Below are positions 43,229-54,302 of a DNA stretch of 64,000 nt, piece by piece. Where the stretch lies: contig OZ242383.1 of NCBI GenBank assembly GCA_965209155.1, positions 1,472,001 to 1,536,000 of the forward strand, given 5' to 3'. Origin of the DNA: a bacterium (lineage in GTDB: Bacteria > SAR324 > NAC60-12). The notes beneath the pieces are model-generated. The model saw only the letters and a program-made list of their open reading frames with translations. It did not search any database and was not told the origin of the DNA. The translations under genes were made by a program, and so were the position numbers. Each line of letters begins with the position of its first letter. Positions within the stretch are counted from its first letter, which is position 1.

Positions 43229-44715
43229 ACACCGCTCCTATTGTCTCCAAAGTCTGGAGCTTCTGCACCACCTTGCGCGATGACGGGGTGAGCTATGGCG
43301 ACTACCTGGAGCAGCTGACCTATCTGATTTTCCTCAAAATGGCGGATGAGTATGCCAAACCGCCTTACAACCGCGATGTCGGTATCCCGGTCGAGTTCAG
43401 CTGGCAGAACCTGAAATCGAAAACAGGTGCGGAGCTTGAAAGCCACTACGTCAGCCTGCTTCGCGAACTCGGGAGCAAGGCGGGTATGCTGGGTCAGATC
43501 TTTACCAAGTCCCAGAACAAAATCCAGGATCCGGCGAAACTGTACCGTCTCATCGACATGGTGGACGACACCGAATGGGTCATCCTGGGTGCCGACGTCA
43601 AGGGGGACATTTACGAAGGACTGCTCGAGAAAAACGCCGAAGATACCAAGTCGGGAGCGGGCCAGTATTTCACTCCGCGCGCCCTCATCCGCGCCATGGT
43701 CGAATGCGTACGGCCCGAACCGGGAACGCTCATCGCCGACCCGGCCTGTGGAACGGGCGGTTTCTTTCTGGCTGCTTACGACTTCATCACCAACCCGGAC
43801 AACTTCAGCCTGGACAGGCAGCAGAAGATGTTCCTGAAGCACAAAGCATTTCACGGCAACGAAATCGTCGCCAACACGCGCCGCTTGTGCCTGATGAACA
43901 TGTTCTTGCACAACATCGGTGAGATCGACGGGGGCGTTTCCATATCGCCCAATGATTCACTCGTAGCCGATGCCGGTATGCGCTTTGACTATGTGCTCGC
44001 TAATCCGCCATTTGGTAAGAAGAGTTCCATGAACTTCACGAACGAGGAAGGAGAACAGGAAAAGGACGACCTGACCTACAACCGGCAGGACTTCTGGGCG
44101 ACCACCTCGAACAAGCAACTCAATTTCGTGCAGCATATTCGCACGATGCTGAAAACCACCGGACGCGCTGCCGTGGTCGTACCGGACAACGTGCTTTTCG
44201 AAGGCGGCGCGGGTGAGACGATTCGTAAGAAGCTGCTGGACAATACGGACCTGCACACCATCCTGCGATTGCCGACCGGCGTTTTCTATGCGCAGGGAGT
44301 CAAGGCCAATGTGATCTTTTTCGACAATCGCGAAGCCAGCCCGAATCCCTGGACCAAGCAGGTCTGGTACTACGATTACCGCACCAACATTCACCACACG
44401 CTCAAGAAAAAGCCGATGCGTTTCGAGGATCTGTCGGACTTTGTCCATTGCTATAACCCGCAAAACCGTCACGAACGAATGGCGACGTGGGACGAACAAG
44501 ACGCACCGGAAGGCCGTTGGCGTAGCTATAGCTATGACGAGATCAAGGCGCGGGACAAAACCAGCCTCGACCTTTTCTGGCTCAAGGACAAAAGCTTGAC
44601 GGACCTGGACAACCTGCCCGATCCTGAAGACCTTGCCGAAGAAATCATCGAAAACCTCGAAGCCGGACTCAACAGCTTCCGTGAGGTTCTCGCCGGATTG
44701 GGGAGCACCAGGTAG
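43225..44715 (+). CDS. hsdM: Type I methyltransferase subunit
   Basis: GQYFTPR, DPACGTGGF, NPPF, ILRLPTG.FY. Confidence 0.95.
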   Translation: MNTAPIVSKVWSFCTTLRDDGVSYGDYLEQLTYLIFLKMADEYAKPPYNRDVGIPVEFSWQNLKSKTGAELESHYVSLLRELGSKAGMLGQIFTKSQNKIQDPAKLYRLIDMVDDTEWVILGADVKGDIYEGLLEKNAEDTKSGAGQYFTPRALIRAMVECVRPEPGTLIADPACGTGGFFLAAYDFITNPDNFSLDRQQKMFLKHKAFHGNEIVANTRRLCLMNMFLHNIGEIDGGVSISPNDSLVADAGMRFDYVLANPPFGKKSSMNFTNEEGEQEKDDLTYNRQDFWATTSNKQLNFVQHIRTMLKTTGRAAVVVPDNVLFEGGAGETIRKKLLDNTDLHTILRLPTGVFYAQGVKANVIFFDNREASPNPWTKQVWYYDYRTNIHHTLKKKPMRFEDLSDFVHCYNPQNRHERMATWDEQDAPEGRWRSYSYDEIKARDKTSLDLFWLKDKSLTDLDNLPDPEDLAEEIIENLEAGLNSFREVLAGLGSTR

Positions 44716-44902
44716 CGGATAAGTGAGTGAGATAAACCCTGATGTCTGAACATAATACTCCGCAAGCTGCAGCCGATGACTCTGAGACCGTTGTTGCATT
44801 TACGCAAGTCACTTAAAACGACGCGTAAAGAAAACCAGGGTAAATTATAGGAAACGCATTAATACAGCATAATACAATCAACTGAACTATAGGTGGGATA
44901 AA

Positions 44903-46816
44903 ATGGAGGACACAGCCATGTCATTTCAGCCAACCGATGAACAACAAGCGATTCTCCAGCATGATCCGGGAAATCATGCTCGCATACTTGCCGGACCAGG
45001 AACGGGTAAGAGCACTACTATGGTCGCTCTTCTTGATTGTCTTCTCAAGAAAAACAAGGCGCTCCGTGTACGCATGCTCACGTTCACAAGAGCAGCCACC
45101 GCAGAGCTCGCCAATAAATTTACTGACGGCTCCGATATTGTATTGCGTCCGAGCACCATCCACTCGTTCGCCATCTCAATTCTACTCCGCAATCCGGGAA
45201 CAGGGGGATTTCCAGAGCCACTCCGTATTGCTGATACATGGGAAGACAAGAAAATAGTCAGACCTACGCTTGCGAAGCGCACCAAGGTCGGTGTCCGTAT
45301 GCTCGACAAGCTTGTTAGTGAAATGGCAGCGAACTTTGAGTCGCTCAATAGTGAGAAAGATCCTTGCATTACCGATTCCGAACGGAACAGGTTCTTAGGC
45401 GCTTGGGAGGAGCATCGCCGTATTCTCGGATACACGCTCTTGTCCGAAATACCCTTTGCTCTTCGGAGGGCGCTCAAGGAACACAACGATCTCGACGGTG
45501 TCGACTTCGACCTTCTCCTAGTTGATGAATACCAGGACCTGAACGCTTGTGATCTCGATGTGCTGCGTTTTATTAGTGAACAAGGCGGGTGTACCGTCGT
45601 CGGAACAGGAGACGATGACCAGTCAATCTACTCATGGCGTAAAGCTGCGCCTGAAGGTATCCAGCGATTTTCCAATTACTACGATCCTGCGTCTGATTAC
45701 ACACTCTCGGTTACCCTTCGTTGCGGAAAGAGCATTATCGATTGGGCGAACTACGTCATCTCCGGTAACCCCGACCGATCTCCCAACCATCCAACACTCA
45801 AACCGCTGCCAAACTCGCCCGATGGGGAAGTGGCGTTTCTTCGTTTCGAGAACAATCGCGCTGAGTCAAAGGGAATTGCGGAACTCGTTGAAGTTCTCAA
45901 AGAGAGGGGTCTAAAGCCGAAAGAAATCCTTGTTCTCATGCGGACTGACAATAACGGTACGTTTAGCAAACCCATTCGCCAAGAACTCGAGAAAAGAGGT
46001 ATCGAGTGCACTGATCCAGGTTTCGTGCTTCGCGTCCTGGGAGAGAATGGCAACCGCAAGTTCCTTGAACTTCTCCGCCTCCTCGTCTACAAGAACGATT
46101 CCATCTCTTGGGCAAGCATTTTGGAACTCACACCAGGAGTAGGACAAAATTTCTTCGAATTCGTTTATGACCGCGCTAAGAAAAACGGCAAGACATTTTC
46201 AGATGAACTCCTTGATGTTTTTAATAATGATTTTCCTGATGCGCCGCAATCGGCGCGAAAAGTGAAAGAGACCATGGAGCCTATTCTGAATTGGCTCAAC
46301 GACACTGAGATTCCAGAAGAACAACCAGAAAGTGGTTGGGGGAAATGGATTTTCGAACTCAGTGGAAAAGAAGCACTTCCGGAGTTAAGTGAGGAATTCT
46401 GCGACCTGCTTCTCAAATTGGACAGGCTCTTTGATGAAGAGCAAACTCTTTCCCGTTTTCTCGCTCAAGTCGAACCGTTCGGTAAGGATCTCGCTCTCGC
46501 TCAAAGTGAAGGCGTACGACTAATGACTATGGGCGGTTCAAAAGGGCTAACTGTGAGAGCGACTATTATTGCAGGCGTTGAAGAAGGACTCATTCCCCGG
46601 CCAGACTGCGACCTGAGCGAAGAGCGGCGTATTCTCTACGTTGCAATGACTCGTGCAAAGGAGTTTGTCTTTTGCACTTGGACTCGAAGACGCACGGGAC
46701 CGACGGCTCGTGCTGGTAAATCGAGCACATTTCGCCGACGGTTTAGCCACTTTCTTGAGAAAGGTCCCGTCAAATCCGAAGACGGCCTTGCTTTCTTGAA
46801 CAAGATAATGAAGTAG
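44903..46816 (+). CDS. UvrD/Rep-like SF1 helicase
   Basis: AGPGTGKS, TFTRAA, STIHSF, VDEYQD, GDDDQSIY.WR, SKGL, EERR.LYVAMTRA. Confidence 0.9.
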   Translation: MEDTAMSFQPTDEQQAILQHDPGNHARILAGPGTGKSTTMVALLDCLLKKNKALRVRMLTFTRAATAELANKFTDGSDIVLRPSTIHSFAISILLRNPGTGGFPEPLRIADTWEDKKIVRPTLAKRTKVGVRMLDKLVSEMAANFESLNSEKDPCITDSERNRFLGAWEEHRRILGYTLLSEIPFALRRALKEHNDLDGVDFDLLLVDEYQDLNACDLDVLRFISEQGGCTVVGTGDDDQSIYSWRKAAPEGIQRFSNYYDPASDYTLSVTLRCGKSIIDWANYVISGNPDRSPNHPTLKPLPNSPDGEVAFLRFENNRAESKGIAELVEVLKERGLKPKEILVLMRTDNNGTFSKPIRQELEKRGIECTDPGFVLRVLGENGNRKFLELLRLLVYKNDSISWASILELTPGVGQNFFEFVYDRAKKNGKTFSDELLDVFNNDFPDAPQSARKVKETMEPILNWLNDTEIPEEQPESGWGKWIFELSGKEALPELSEEFCDLLLKLDRLFDEEQTLSRFLAQVEPFGKDLALAQSEGVRLMTMGGSKGLTVRATIIAGVEEGLIPRPDCDLSEERRILYVAMTRAKEFVFCTWTRRRTGPTARAGKSSTFRRRFSHFLEKGPVKSEDGLAFLNKIMK

Positions 46817-47300
46817 GGCTTGAAAAAAATTCCCGGAATTCTCGAATTCCAATTCCTTCCAATTCCTTTGGGATATTCCCGCGTTCAGGATTTTTAGAAA
46901 GGCGATGGAACGCTTTTTCTATCTGCTCCGGAACATGGTTCGCCCAGCCCGAGACTTCTTGACGTTCGATGAAATCGTAGATTTCCTCCAAGTCGCCTGT
47001 CGCGTCATCTGTCAGTTGAACCAGGAAGGGCATAAGTCCTGCGACCCTGCCGAAGTCTTGCGATGATGTTGTCGGTCGGTTGTGACTCACTTAAATTTGG
47101 TGGCTGCCAAGCGCGAGAATCTTCAGTAGCGCTACCGTCTCTTGCGTCTGCTCGTAGCTGTCGATATCCTGAATGACCACCATGGCTTCCCCTTTCCGGG
47201 TAATTATCAAGGGCTCCTGTTGTTCACAGAGCGTGCGCACAATTTTCGCGGTGTGCGCTTTGAGGTAACTGATCGGCTTAATCTGACTAGATTATTTCAT
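46813..47300 (-). pseudogene. Decayed Phd/YefM antitoxin + RelE/ParE toxin pair
   Basis: Antitoxin MK*SSQIKPISYLKAH...PLIITRKGEA.VVIQDI has a stop at codon 3; toxin from 47033 (VQLTDDA..DLEEIYDFI...NPERG) loses its frame where it meets the helicase 3' end. Confidence 0.8.
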
Positions 47301-47701
47301 AAACCTTCCCCAGATTGATCTGAATTTAGTCCATAAAAAAGACTGAATGTAAGGTACAATTCCCTCGAATTCTTCCTTTGGGGGAAGTGGATACAGGTGA
47401 CTGTGCCGACCACCTCCGTTCACAAAATTTACCTTGCAGTCACATGTTTTTTTTTGTTAAATTCGGTTCCTTGGCCAAGAATCCGAATCGCCAGGACATG
47501 CGTACTCATTTATTCAGCAGGGTCGTAATATGAACATCGAACAACTTTTCTGGGATCTTTACAGAGCACCCGTGGAAGCAGAATCGAAATGACGCTTAAA
47601 ACTTGTCCACTAACTTTGTAGTAGTGCGACAAACTATGGGCGTCTCTTTTTGCACGTTAAGATTGAAGAACGTCGATAATGACATACCTAAGGAGCATAC
47701 T

Positions 47702-50026
47702 ATGCAATTGACAGAAGCAAAAAGTGTTTTTGAGACTGAGGCGGTGAATTATTTGCGTATTATGACGAGGCAGAATAATACTGTCGGCTTCAAGATACCT
47801 GAGTACCAACGTCCATATAATTGGCATAAAGGACATCTTAAGCGGTTACTAGAGGATTGCATCAACGGGTTTTATCGCCACTTCAAATCCGAGAATGAGC
47901 CAGAGTTTACTTTTCTCGGGACCGTAATACTAGTGAACGAACAAACGAAAGAAAATACATTCGAAGGTGAGTCCCTTTCTATTGTGGATGGACAACAGCG
48001 TATAACCACTCTCGCCCTTCTCTGTTGTGCGCTGGTAGGAATGCTCTCAAAATATGGAAAGGTTGAGGTAATGGCACTGCGCCAGGATACTAAAGATTGG
48101 CTTAAAGAAGAGATCCGATACCAAATGGATGCCCTTTACACTTGCACCACGGGGCAGCAAACAAAGTATCTTAAACCCTATCCTTTTCCCAGACTTGTCA
48201 GACACGATGACACTCGTGGGTTTGATAATAAGGAATCCGAGTATCGTTCAGTCATTGCACAGTTTCTCCGTAAGTTTAGAGACTACTACGAGAATATTGT
48301 GGAGAACCCGGGTGAATCGTTTAAATCTGAACGGGATAAAGAGAACAACGTACAAAAGCAATTAAATGAAAACTATGATTTTATTTATGAACAAGTCGAG
48401 CGCTTTCTGTACAATGGCGAAAATAATGACGATAAAAGTGATTCCGACATCGACGTCAGTCTTGTGCGGAAGAGTGATTTCAATCAAAAACCAATGAGAA
48501 GGCTTTGTAACAAATTCAATTACCAGAATGTGAAGCAAGAGGGTGACGCTATTAACGACATATCGGCGAATGATGAGTGCGAGGGGCTCATAAGAGTACT
48601 GCTATTTTGTTCCTATTTTATGAATTATGTAGTGTTGACACGGGTGAACACCGAAAATGAAAAGTATGCATTTGATATTTTTGATGCACTAAATACAACT
48701 GGTGAGCCACTGACTGCTCTTGAGACTTTCAAGCCGCAGATAATACGATTCGAAAGCAATATCGACGGTTACGAAGGATCTGAAACCGAGTTCCACTTTA
48801 ACCGGATCAAAGAGAATTTAAACGACATATACCCTGAAACAGAGAAACGACAAAAAGCCACAAAAGAACTACTCGTTACGTTTGCTTTATACCTAGAAGG
48901 CTATAAGTTACCCCTTGATCTCGCTTCTCAGCGTAACTATTTACGAACAAAATTTGGCAAAGTGGAAAACCGAGATCTTAAACGTAGGCTTGTGCAATCA
49001 CTCGCAGATATCGCAGACTTTCGGCAAACGTTTTGGAGTCGAGATTCGATCCACAGTCTCAACATGAATTGTCCCAACGTGAGCGAACGACTGAAACTTT
49101 GCTGCAAGTTCATATTGGATATGAATACCAGTTTGGCTATTCCGGTATTGGCAAGATATTGGATACAATATCGGCAAGACGAAGATGTGGTCTCCTTCGC
49201 TAACGCAGTACAAGCAGTAACTGCTTTTCTTGTCTTACGACGGTCCATAACAGGCACTACAGGAAAGATCGATGCTGACTTCAGAAAGATTATGAAGGGC
49301 GAGTCGCAGAGCGAGAATAGTGGACTTTGTGTAGGCATAGATCATTCAAACTCGATTATGAGTTTGGATAAGCTCAAGGAGACATTGCGAGGGTATTTAG
49401 AAGCACCAACTATTGGAGTGAAAAATAAGGGAACTTGGATTTCTCGAGCGAGTGAAGTGGGCTTAGCTGAGTATTCGCGTCCGTTGTGCCGATTCTTGCT
49501 CTTTGCTGCTTCCGATAATGCCAGACCGGATACAAAAAATCCAGGCCTTCTTACACGTGAAGGAATAACAAGGAGTGATGAATTAGACTTTTTTAACTAT
49601 GGGAAATGGGATGACGATAAGTACGCAACCGTTGAGCACGTGGCTCCAAATTCAGACTCTAGTAGTCGATGGGATGAAAAAATCTACCTACGGACAACTA
49701 CTCGCCATTTGATAGGAAACATAATTCTTCTTCCTAAAAAAGAAAACTCAAGTGTTGGTAATGCTCCTTGGACAAAGAAAAAAATATTTTACAGTGCATT
49801 GATTGCAAAAACAGAGGAAGAAAGAAATGAACAATTTGAGAGAGCTAAAAATGAAGGTCTTGACTTTAGGAAGGAGACAAAAAATTTACTTAAGAAACAA
49901 GGACGGCTTCATATGCTTGATCCAATTGCCAACGTCACTGACTGGACAGAGTCGTTCATCCAAAAACGAACGAATAATACACTTGAGCTCGCTTGGGATA
50001 TCATATCGCCATGGCTCGACTATTGA
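47702..50026 (+). CDS. sspE: DUF262 + DUF1524 (HNH) protein, SspE-like effector
   Basis: IPEYQRPY.W, FLGTVI, IVDGQQR.TT, IFDALNTTG.PL, C-terminal VEHVAP and IGNIILL....NSSVGN; adjacent to sspBCD. Confidence 0.82.
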   Translation: MQLTEAKSVFETEAVNYLRIMTRQNNTVGFKIPEYQRPYNWHKGHLKRLLEDCINGFYRHFKSENEPEFTFLGTVILVNEQTKENTFEGESLSIVDGQQRITTLALLCCALVGMLSKYGKVEVMALRQDTKDWLKEEIRYQMDALYTCTTGQQTKYLKPYPFPRLVRHDDTRGFDNKESEYRSVIAQFLRKFRDYYENIVENPGESFKSERDKENNVQKQLNENYDFIYEQVERFLYNGENNDDKSDSDIDVSLVRKSDFNQKPMRRLCNKFNYQNVKQEGDAINDISANDECEGLIRVLLFCSYFMNYVVLTRVNTENEKYAFDIFDALNTTGEPLTALETFKPQIIRFESNIDGYEGSETEFHFNRIKENLNDIYPETEKRQKATKELLVTFALYLEGYKLPLDLASQRNYLRTKFGKVENRDLKRRLVQSLADIADFRQTFWSRDSIHSLNMNCPNVSERLKLCCKFILDMNTSLAIPVLARYWIQYRQDEDVVSFANAVQAVTAFLVLRRSITGTTGKIDADFRKIMKGESQSENSGLCVGIDHSNSIMSLDKLKETLRGYLEAPTIGVKNKGTWISRASEVGLAEYSRPLCRFLLFAASDNARPDTKNPGLLTREGITRSDELDFFNYGKWDDDKYATVEHVAPNSDSSSRWDEKIYLRTTTRHLIGNIILLPKKENSSVGNAPWTKKKIFYSALIAKTEEERNEQFERAKNEGLDFRKETKNLLKKQGRLHMLDPIANVTDWTESFIQKRTNNTLELAWDIISPWLDY

Positions 50027-50055
50027 GACATGGCTTTAAATAGTCTATGCGTTGT

Positions 50056-50910
50056 CTATTTATGGCAGGCAAGACACGCCTTTGATTTTCCATATAAGTC
50101 ATCAATGTCAGTCGGTCCGCTGTCTGGCCTCAGCGGATTGGGTTTTACTTTCGACCGCATTCGAGTTAACCGCCGTTCATGATCCTGCATGATCTGCTCA
50201 ATGCGCTCCGACTGCTCCAACTCTGTCAAGGACTCGCCTTGGCTCCACGTAAAAGGAGACCCGTGCTCCACGGCGTTTTTTTCGTAAGCCTTGGCTTCCT
50301 CGAATGCTTCTGGGTGCTTTTCTTTGAGGCGCACCCATTCGATTTTCTGCTGGAAGAAGCAAAAGGTGCAGCCACTTCGAGTGCGCCACTCGTAGTATTT
50401 TGGTAACCCCAACCCAGCGCCTTCCAGAATTTCCAGAACCCCTGCTTTGTCGATTCCGGAATTTTTGAACGGGAGCTTTACGACGAGAGCATCGTGTTTG
50501 GACGCGTAACCTTCCCGGTAGTCCTCGTCGGACCGGATGGCGACGTAGCTATAAACGGTTATGCCACTTTCGAGAGTTGGCTGAATCCATTGCTCAAACG
50601 GGCGTAACTTCAGCTGCCTTGTGCACCAGCGTGCCTGTGGTGACGGCAAAAAGTTGTTATACTTCTTCAGCCAAAAATCAAAATCCCGGTCGGGATTAAG
50701 CCGCACGATGGGTTTGCCCAGAAATCCTTCGAGCTTAACCAGAAATTCATAGACCTCCGGTAGCTCCTTGCCGGTATCCGTAAAGAAATAATCGATATCC
50801 AGTTCGGGGTGATTCTGGCGCACAAAAACGGCTAACGCCGCGCTGTCACGTCCACCGGAAAGCCCCAGCACATGCCGTTCCCTACCTGCGTTGCCTACGA
50901 TGCGTTCCAT
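50056..50910 (-). CDS. sspD: PAPS-reductase-family protein SspD
   Basis: SGGRDS PP-loop, DTG.E.PE, RWCT..LK, RSGC.FC, terminal CLACH. Confidence 0.85.
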   Translation of the reverse strand: MERIVGNAGRERHVLGLSGGRDSAALAVFVRQNHPELDIDYFFTDTGKELPEVYEFLVKLEGFLGKPIVRLNPDRDFDFWLKKYNNFLPSPQARWCTRQLKLRPFEQWIQPTLESGITVYSYVAIRSDEDYREGYASKHDALVVKLPFKNSGIDKAGVLEILEGAGLGLPKYYEWRTRSGCTFCFFQQKIEWVRLKEKHPEAFEEAKAYEKNAVEHGSPFTWSQGESLTELEQSERIEQIMQDHERRLTRMRSKVKPNPLRPDSGPTDIDDLYGKSKACLACHK

Positions 50911-53900
50911 TTCTTACCACCGCGTTTTTTAGGTTCGACTTCGTCCGATCTCCGAAGATGGCGAGCACTCAACTCAGCCAGGGCTGCCAGAATTACGTTA
51001 CGTCGCTTTTCACCACTGCGTGTCAGTGCAGAGTCCATCTGACCGATCAACGCATCCACCTCCTCTCGTTCCGGGTCGCTGATATCGAACTCGTCATGAA
51101 CCGGCGTCGGCCGACCACCCATGCCGATCACAACTGCCATGGCATGTCTCTTGTCTTTACGTCCCTTGACACGGGCGAACGCCTCGGCACGTAAAAACTT
51201 TTGCGATAGTTCGGCGAGCTCCATTTTCGCAAGATCGATATCCGGATCAATCCAGTCCCGTGAAGGTTTGTTGACTGCCATGCTGGCTAAACCCTCCATT
51301 TCCGCCGCTTTTCCTTCAAATTGCGCAAGACGAGTGATAAACGCTTCCATACGATAATCTCCACCAAGTTCACGGATATTTCTGGCTCGTGAACGCAACT
51401 CGCCGAGCATTGATGCCGAGGCATTCGGTACAAGAAGCTCGGCGAGCAGCGTATCCCTCATGCGGTTGAGCATAGTGGGATAGGCCTGTCGTAGCTCCGT
51501 TAAACTTTCGCGAACCTGATTTGCAACCTGGTCAACGGCTACATTTTCAACAAGGTACGGACTCTCGTTTAACACTTCAGGGATGTCGTCGAAGATGAGC
51601 CTGTTCGGATCATTGGCTTGCTTGAATAGTTGACGAATGCGCTTGGAATTTCCTGAAACCCGCTGCGTCCGTTTGACCCAAGTTGGCAGGTGGTCATAAA
51701 TCGACACCAATCCTTTGGCGACGTCAATCGGCTCTAAGAGAGTCAATGCGTTGTCTTCGTCCAATTCACGCACGATATCGGCCATTTCGGACAACAGCCG
51801 GCGTGAGGTCTCGCTGAGGTTCATCCATCGAAGCTGAATGTCCGCCGGATCCTTGGCGAGATAATCTACATCCAGGTCAGACACACGCGCCTGAAAAATT
51901 TCCTGACGATAGAAAGCCAGGTTCGTACGCTGTGACAGGAGAAACGCCACAGCCAATACCGGCATCAGACCGTCCTTTATCCCGAACGGCGCTTGGCGCC
52001 AGACATTGTAAATCTCAGTGACCGGCACGGCTCTTTGTGAATTGGTCTGCAGCAATTTTATGGCTGCATTCCACGCAGGCCCCAATTTGTGGGGATCACT
52101 CATCCCGGGTTCGGGAGCGACGAAACGCCAACTCTCCATTGTTTCGCGATACAAACCGGTTGCCTCCAATAAAGATGCGAAAAGACCACCTTCTGCAGGA
52201 AAACCCTTGATACCAAGACGTGATTCACCTTCATTGCGCACCATCCGTCGCAGGAGAGCATTCAGGGCGGCGACTGCATTGCTCGAAGGCTTGACACGTC
52301 CCAGGAGCTCATTGCGGAGCCGTGGCGCACTTATAAATCGGGCATCGGCGAGGTCGGAAGCCAGACTGTTCAGTTCAGCATGAGGAAGTGGTTTGGAGTT
52401 AAATCGTTTATGATACCAGGACATGCTATTGAAAGTCAGACTGAACATACTCTCCAATTGTTCCTGCAAGCGGGTGATGCGAGATTGGACCTCGATACGG
52501 GCCACCCTGTCACCTTGTAGCTCTGGATTTTCGTCGCGCACCCGCTGCAAAGCAAGCAGTTCGTACACGAAATCCGGAATTTTTCTGGTTTGCAGCGACA
52601 AACCCACAACGACATCCCAATTTCCACTCGTCTGCGCAACTCGAAGACATATTTCCCTCGCTTTTTCTTCTGACTCACCTTTCGTGGGAATCGTAAGGAA
52701 AAAACTACCAATAGCGCCTTGGCGAGGTACATAGTCGGCTGCTACGTTTTCGATCTCCGCCAAGGGAGCAATTGCGACATCGAACCAACGCAACGATCCG
52801 GTTTCATGATAATGGCGCTTTGCTATAATGGGTTGGAGTCCGGCTAGTTTATTGAGTGTAGCAAAGTCTAACTCATCTTTGCTCTCTAAGGCCTCTACCG
52901 AGCGATCGATGTTGAAGTCACTGCCTTCAAAGATCGAGTACGCATCAACAAACTTTCGGTAGATGATGAACGACCCGCATTGCAAATTATTCAAAGCGTT
53001 CCAGATATCTTTGGGGTCATGACCCGGTAACGCAAGTTCCAACAGTTTGCGACTCGCAACGAAATCCGACCGATCCTTAAACAAGTCGACAACTGCGATC
53101 ACTTTGAGCAACCGGAGGTGCAAGTCCTCTCCGCCCCTGGCTTCGCATCGTTCCAGAACTTCCATTGCCAGCGCCCAACGGTGCCCATCAGGAGAGGCCA
53201 GGATAGACGGTTCGAGGTTGATCTTCAGGTAATCCCAAAGGTGATCGGGAGCATAAATCTCATTGTCACGAGCGTATCGGAGAAAATCCTGGAATCCATG
53301 CGGCTCCGACGAGTTGAGAAAAGCGAATATACTCCGTTGGTTCTGACCGAACCGTCGTCGCGAGATAGGTCCCAACAAACAGGCGACGATTGGGTGAAGT
53401 GGCCAGCAATCTTCTAACATTTCTGCAAAAAGAGGGGGCACCTGTCGTTGCGACTGTTGCGACACGCTTACGGCAAGGGGACCCGGGGATTTCTGGTTGT
53501 GATCACTTTCAATTGCCCGAGCGATCAGTTCGATTTGTTCATCTCCGCCAGTGTTTATGGCAAGGTCCACGAAACGACCTTGGATCTTCGACCATTCATC
53601 TCGCATTTCACGAGACAAACGATGAGCGTACTCCTCAAAGGCTTGATGGAGGATACCTACTAAAATGAGTCGCTTGCCACTGCGCGAAGCCCTCTCCGCG
53701 AGTTCTTGAAACAGGTAAATGTCCGTTCCATCGTTCGCTGCGGCCTCGAGGAATTTGCCCATCTCGTCGATGAATATCAGCAAACCACCGCTGGTATCGG
53801 GATTGCGCGCCGCAATATCGTCAATTGCGTCGAGAACGCGCTTGTCGGTCCAGGCAGTGGGTAGTCTTCCTGTCAGGAAATCAGATGTGTTGATGGCCTC

Positions 53901-54284
53901 ACCCAATACCTGCGCAGGGCGATCCCGTCGACCGACCACAGGTAGGATATGCCAACCTCCATTCCCGGGTGGCAACGCCTCCCGGATGATTGATGCAGTA
54001 TCCCACCCCAGTACGGATTTTGCGTTTCGTGAGAGCTTCTTGTCTCCATTGAGCAGGGCGCTCAAAGCAATGACCAAGCTCGATTTCCCGCTTCCATAAG
54101 GGCCGGTCCATGTGAATGCGCCTTGACCGTTTTCAGCTACGTAACGCGCCATTGTCTCGAGAACTTCGGCGGAAGATCGAGGACAGATAAATCCATCCAA
54201 AGCCGCAGAATTAACAAGATCGCTATCAATGCGGACCGCGCGTTGAAAACGCCGAGCGATCCGGATTCGGTCGGTAAGCGCCAT
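50895..54284 (-). CDS. sspC: Large P-loop ATPase SspC
   Basis: RFQRAVRI..D, TGPYGSGKS, IDEMGKFLE, EWSKIQGRF, FGQNQRS.F.FL; between the DUF4007 and PAPS-reductase genes. Confidence 0.82.
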   Translation of the reverse strand: MALTDRIRIARRFQRAVRIDSDLVNSAALDGFICPRSSAEVLETMARYVAENGQGAFTWTGPYGSGKSSLVIALSALLNGDKKLSRNAKSVLGWDTASIIREALPPGNGGWHILPVVGRRDRPAQVLGEAINTSDFLTGRLPTAWTDKRVLDAIDDIAARNPDTSGGLLIFIDEMGKFLEAAANDGTDIYLFQELAERASRSGKRLILVGILHQAFEEYAHRLSREMRDEWSKIQGRFVDLAINTGGDEQIELIARAIESDHNQKSPGPLAVSVSQQSQRQVPPLFAEMLEDCWPLHPIVACLLGPISRRRFGQNQRSIFAFLNSSEPHGFQDFLRYARDNEIYAPDHLWDYLKINLEPSILASPDGHRWALAMEVLERCEARGGEDLHLRLLKVIAVVDLFKDRSDFVASRKLLELALPGHDPKDIWNALNNLQCGSFIIYRKFVDAYSIFEGSDFNIDRSVEALESKDELDFATLNKLAGLQPIIAKRHYHETGSLRWFDVAIAPLAEIENVAADYVPRQGAIGSFFLTIPTKGESEEKAREICLRVAQTSGNWDVVVGLSLQTRKIPDFVYELLALQRVRDENPELQGDRVARIEVQSRITRLQEQLESMFSLTFNSMSWYHKRFNSKPLPHAELNSLASDLADARFISAPRLRNELLGRVKPSSNAVAALNALLRRMVRNEGESRLGIKGFPAEGGLFASLLEATGLYRETMESWRFVAPEPGMSDPHKLGPAWNAAIKLLQTNSQRAVPVTEIYNVWRQAPFGIKDGLMPVLAVAFLLSQRTNLAFYRQEIFQARVSDLDVDYLAKDPADIQLRWMNLSETSRRLLSEMADIVRELDEDNALTLLEPIDVAKGLVSIYDHLPTWVKRTQRVSGNSKRIRQLFKQANDPNRLIFDDIPEVLNESPYLVENVAVDQVANQVRESLTELRQAYPTMLNRMRDTLLAELLVPNASASMLGELRSRARNIRELGGDYRMEAFITRLAQFEGKAAEMEGLASMAVNKPSRDWIDPDIDLAKMELAELSQKFLRAEAFARVKGRKDKRHAMAVVIGMGGRPTPVHDEFDISDPEREEVDALIGQMDSALTRSGEKRRNVILAALAELSARHLRRSDEVEPKKRGGKKWNAS

Positions 54285-54302
54285 CAGGTTATGTCCTTTC
54301 TG

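Noticed and set aside
44903..46816. Gabija system
   Set aside because: No GajA-like ATPase-TOPRIM gene is adjacent.
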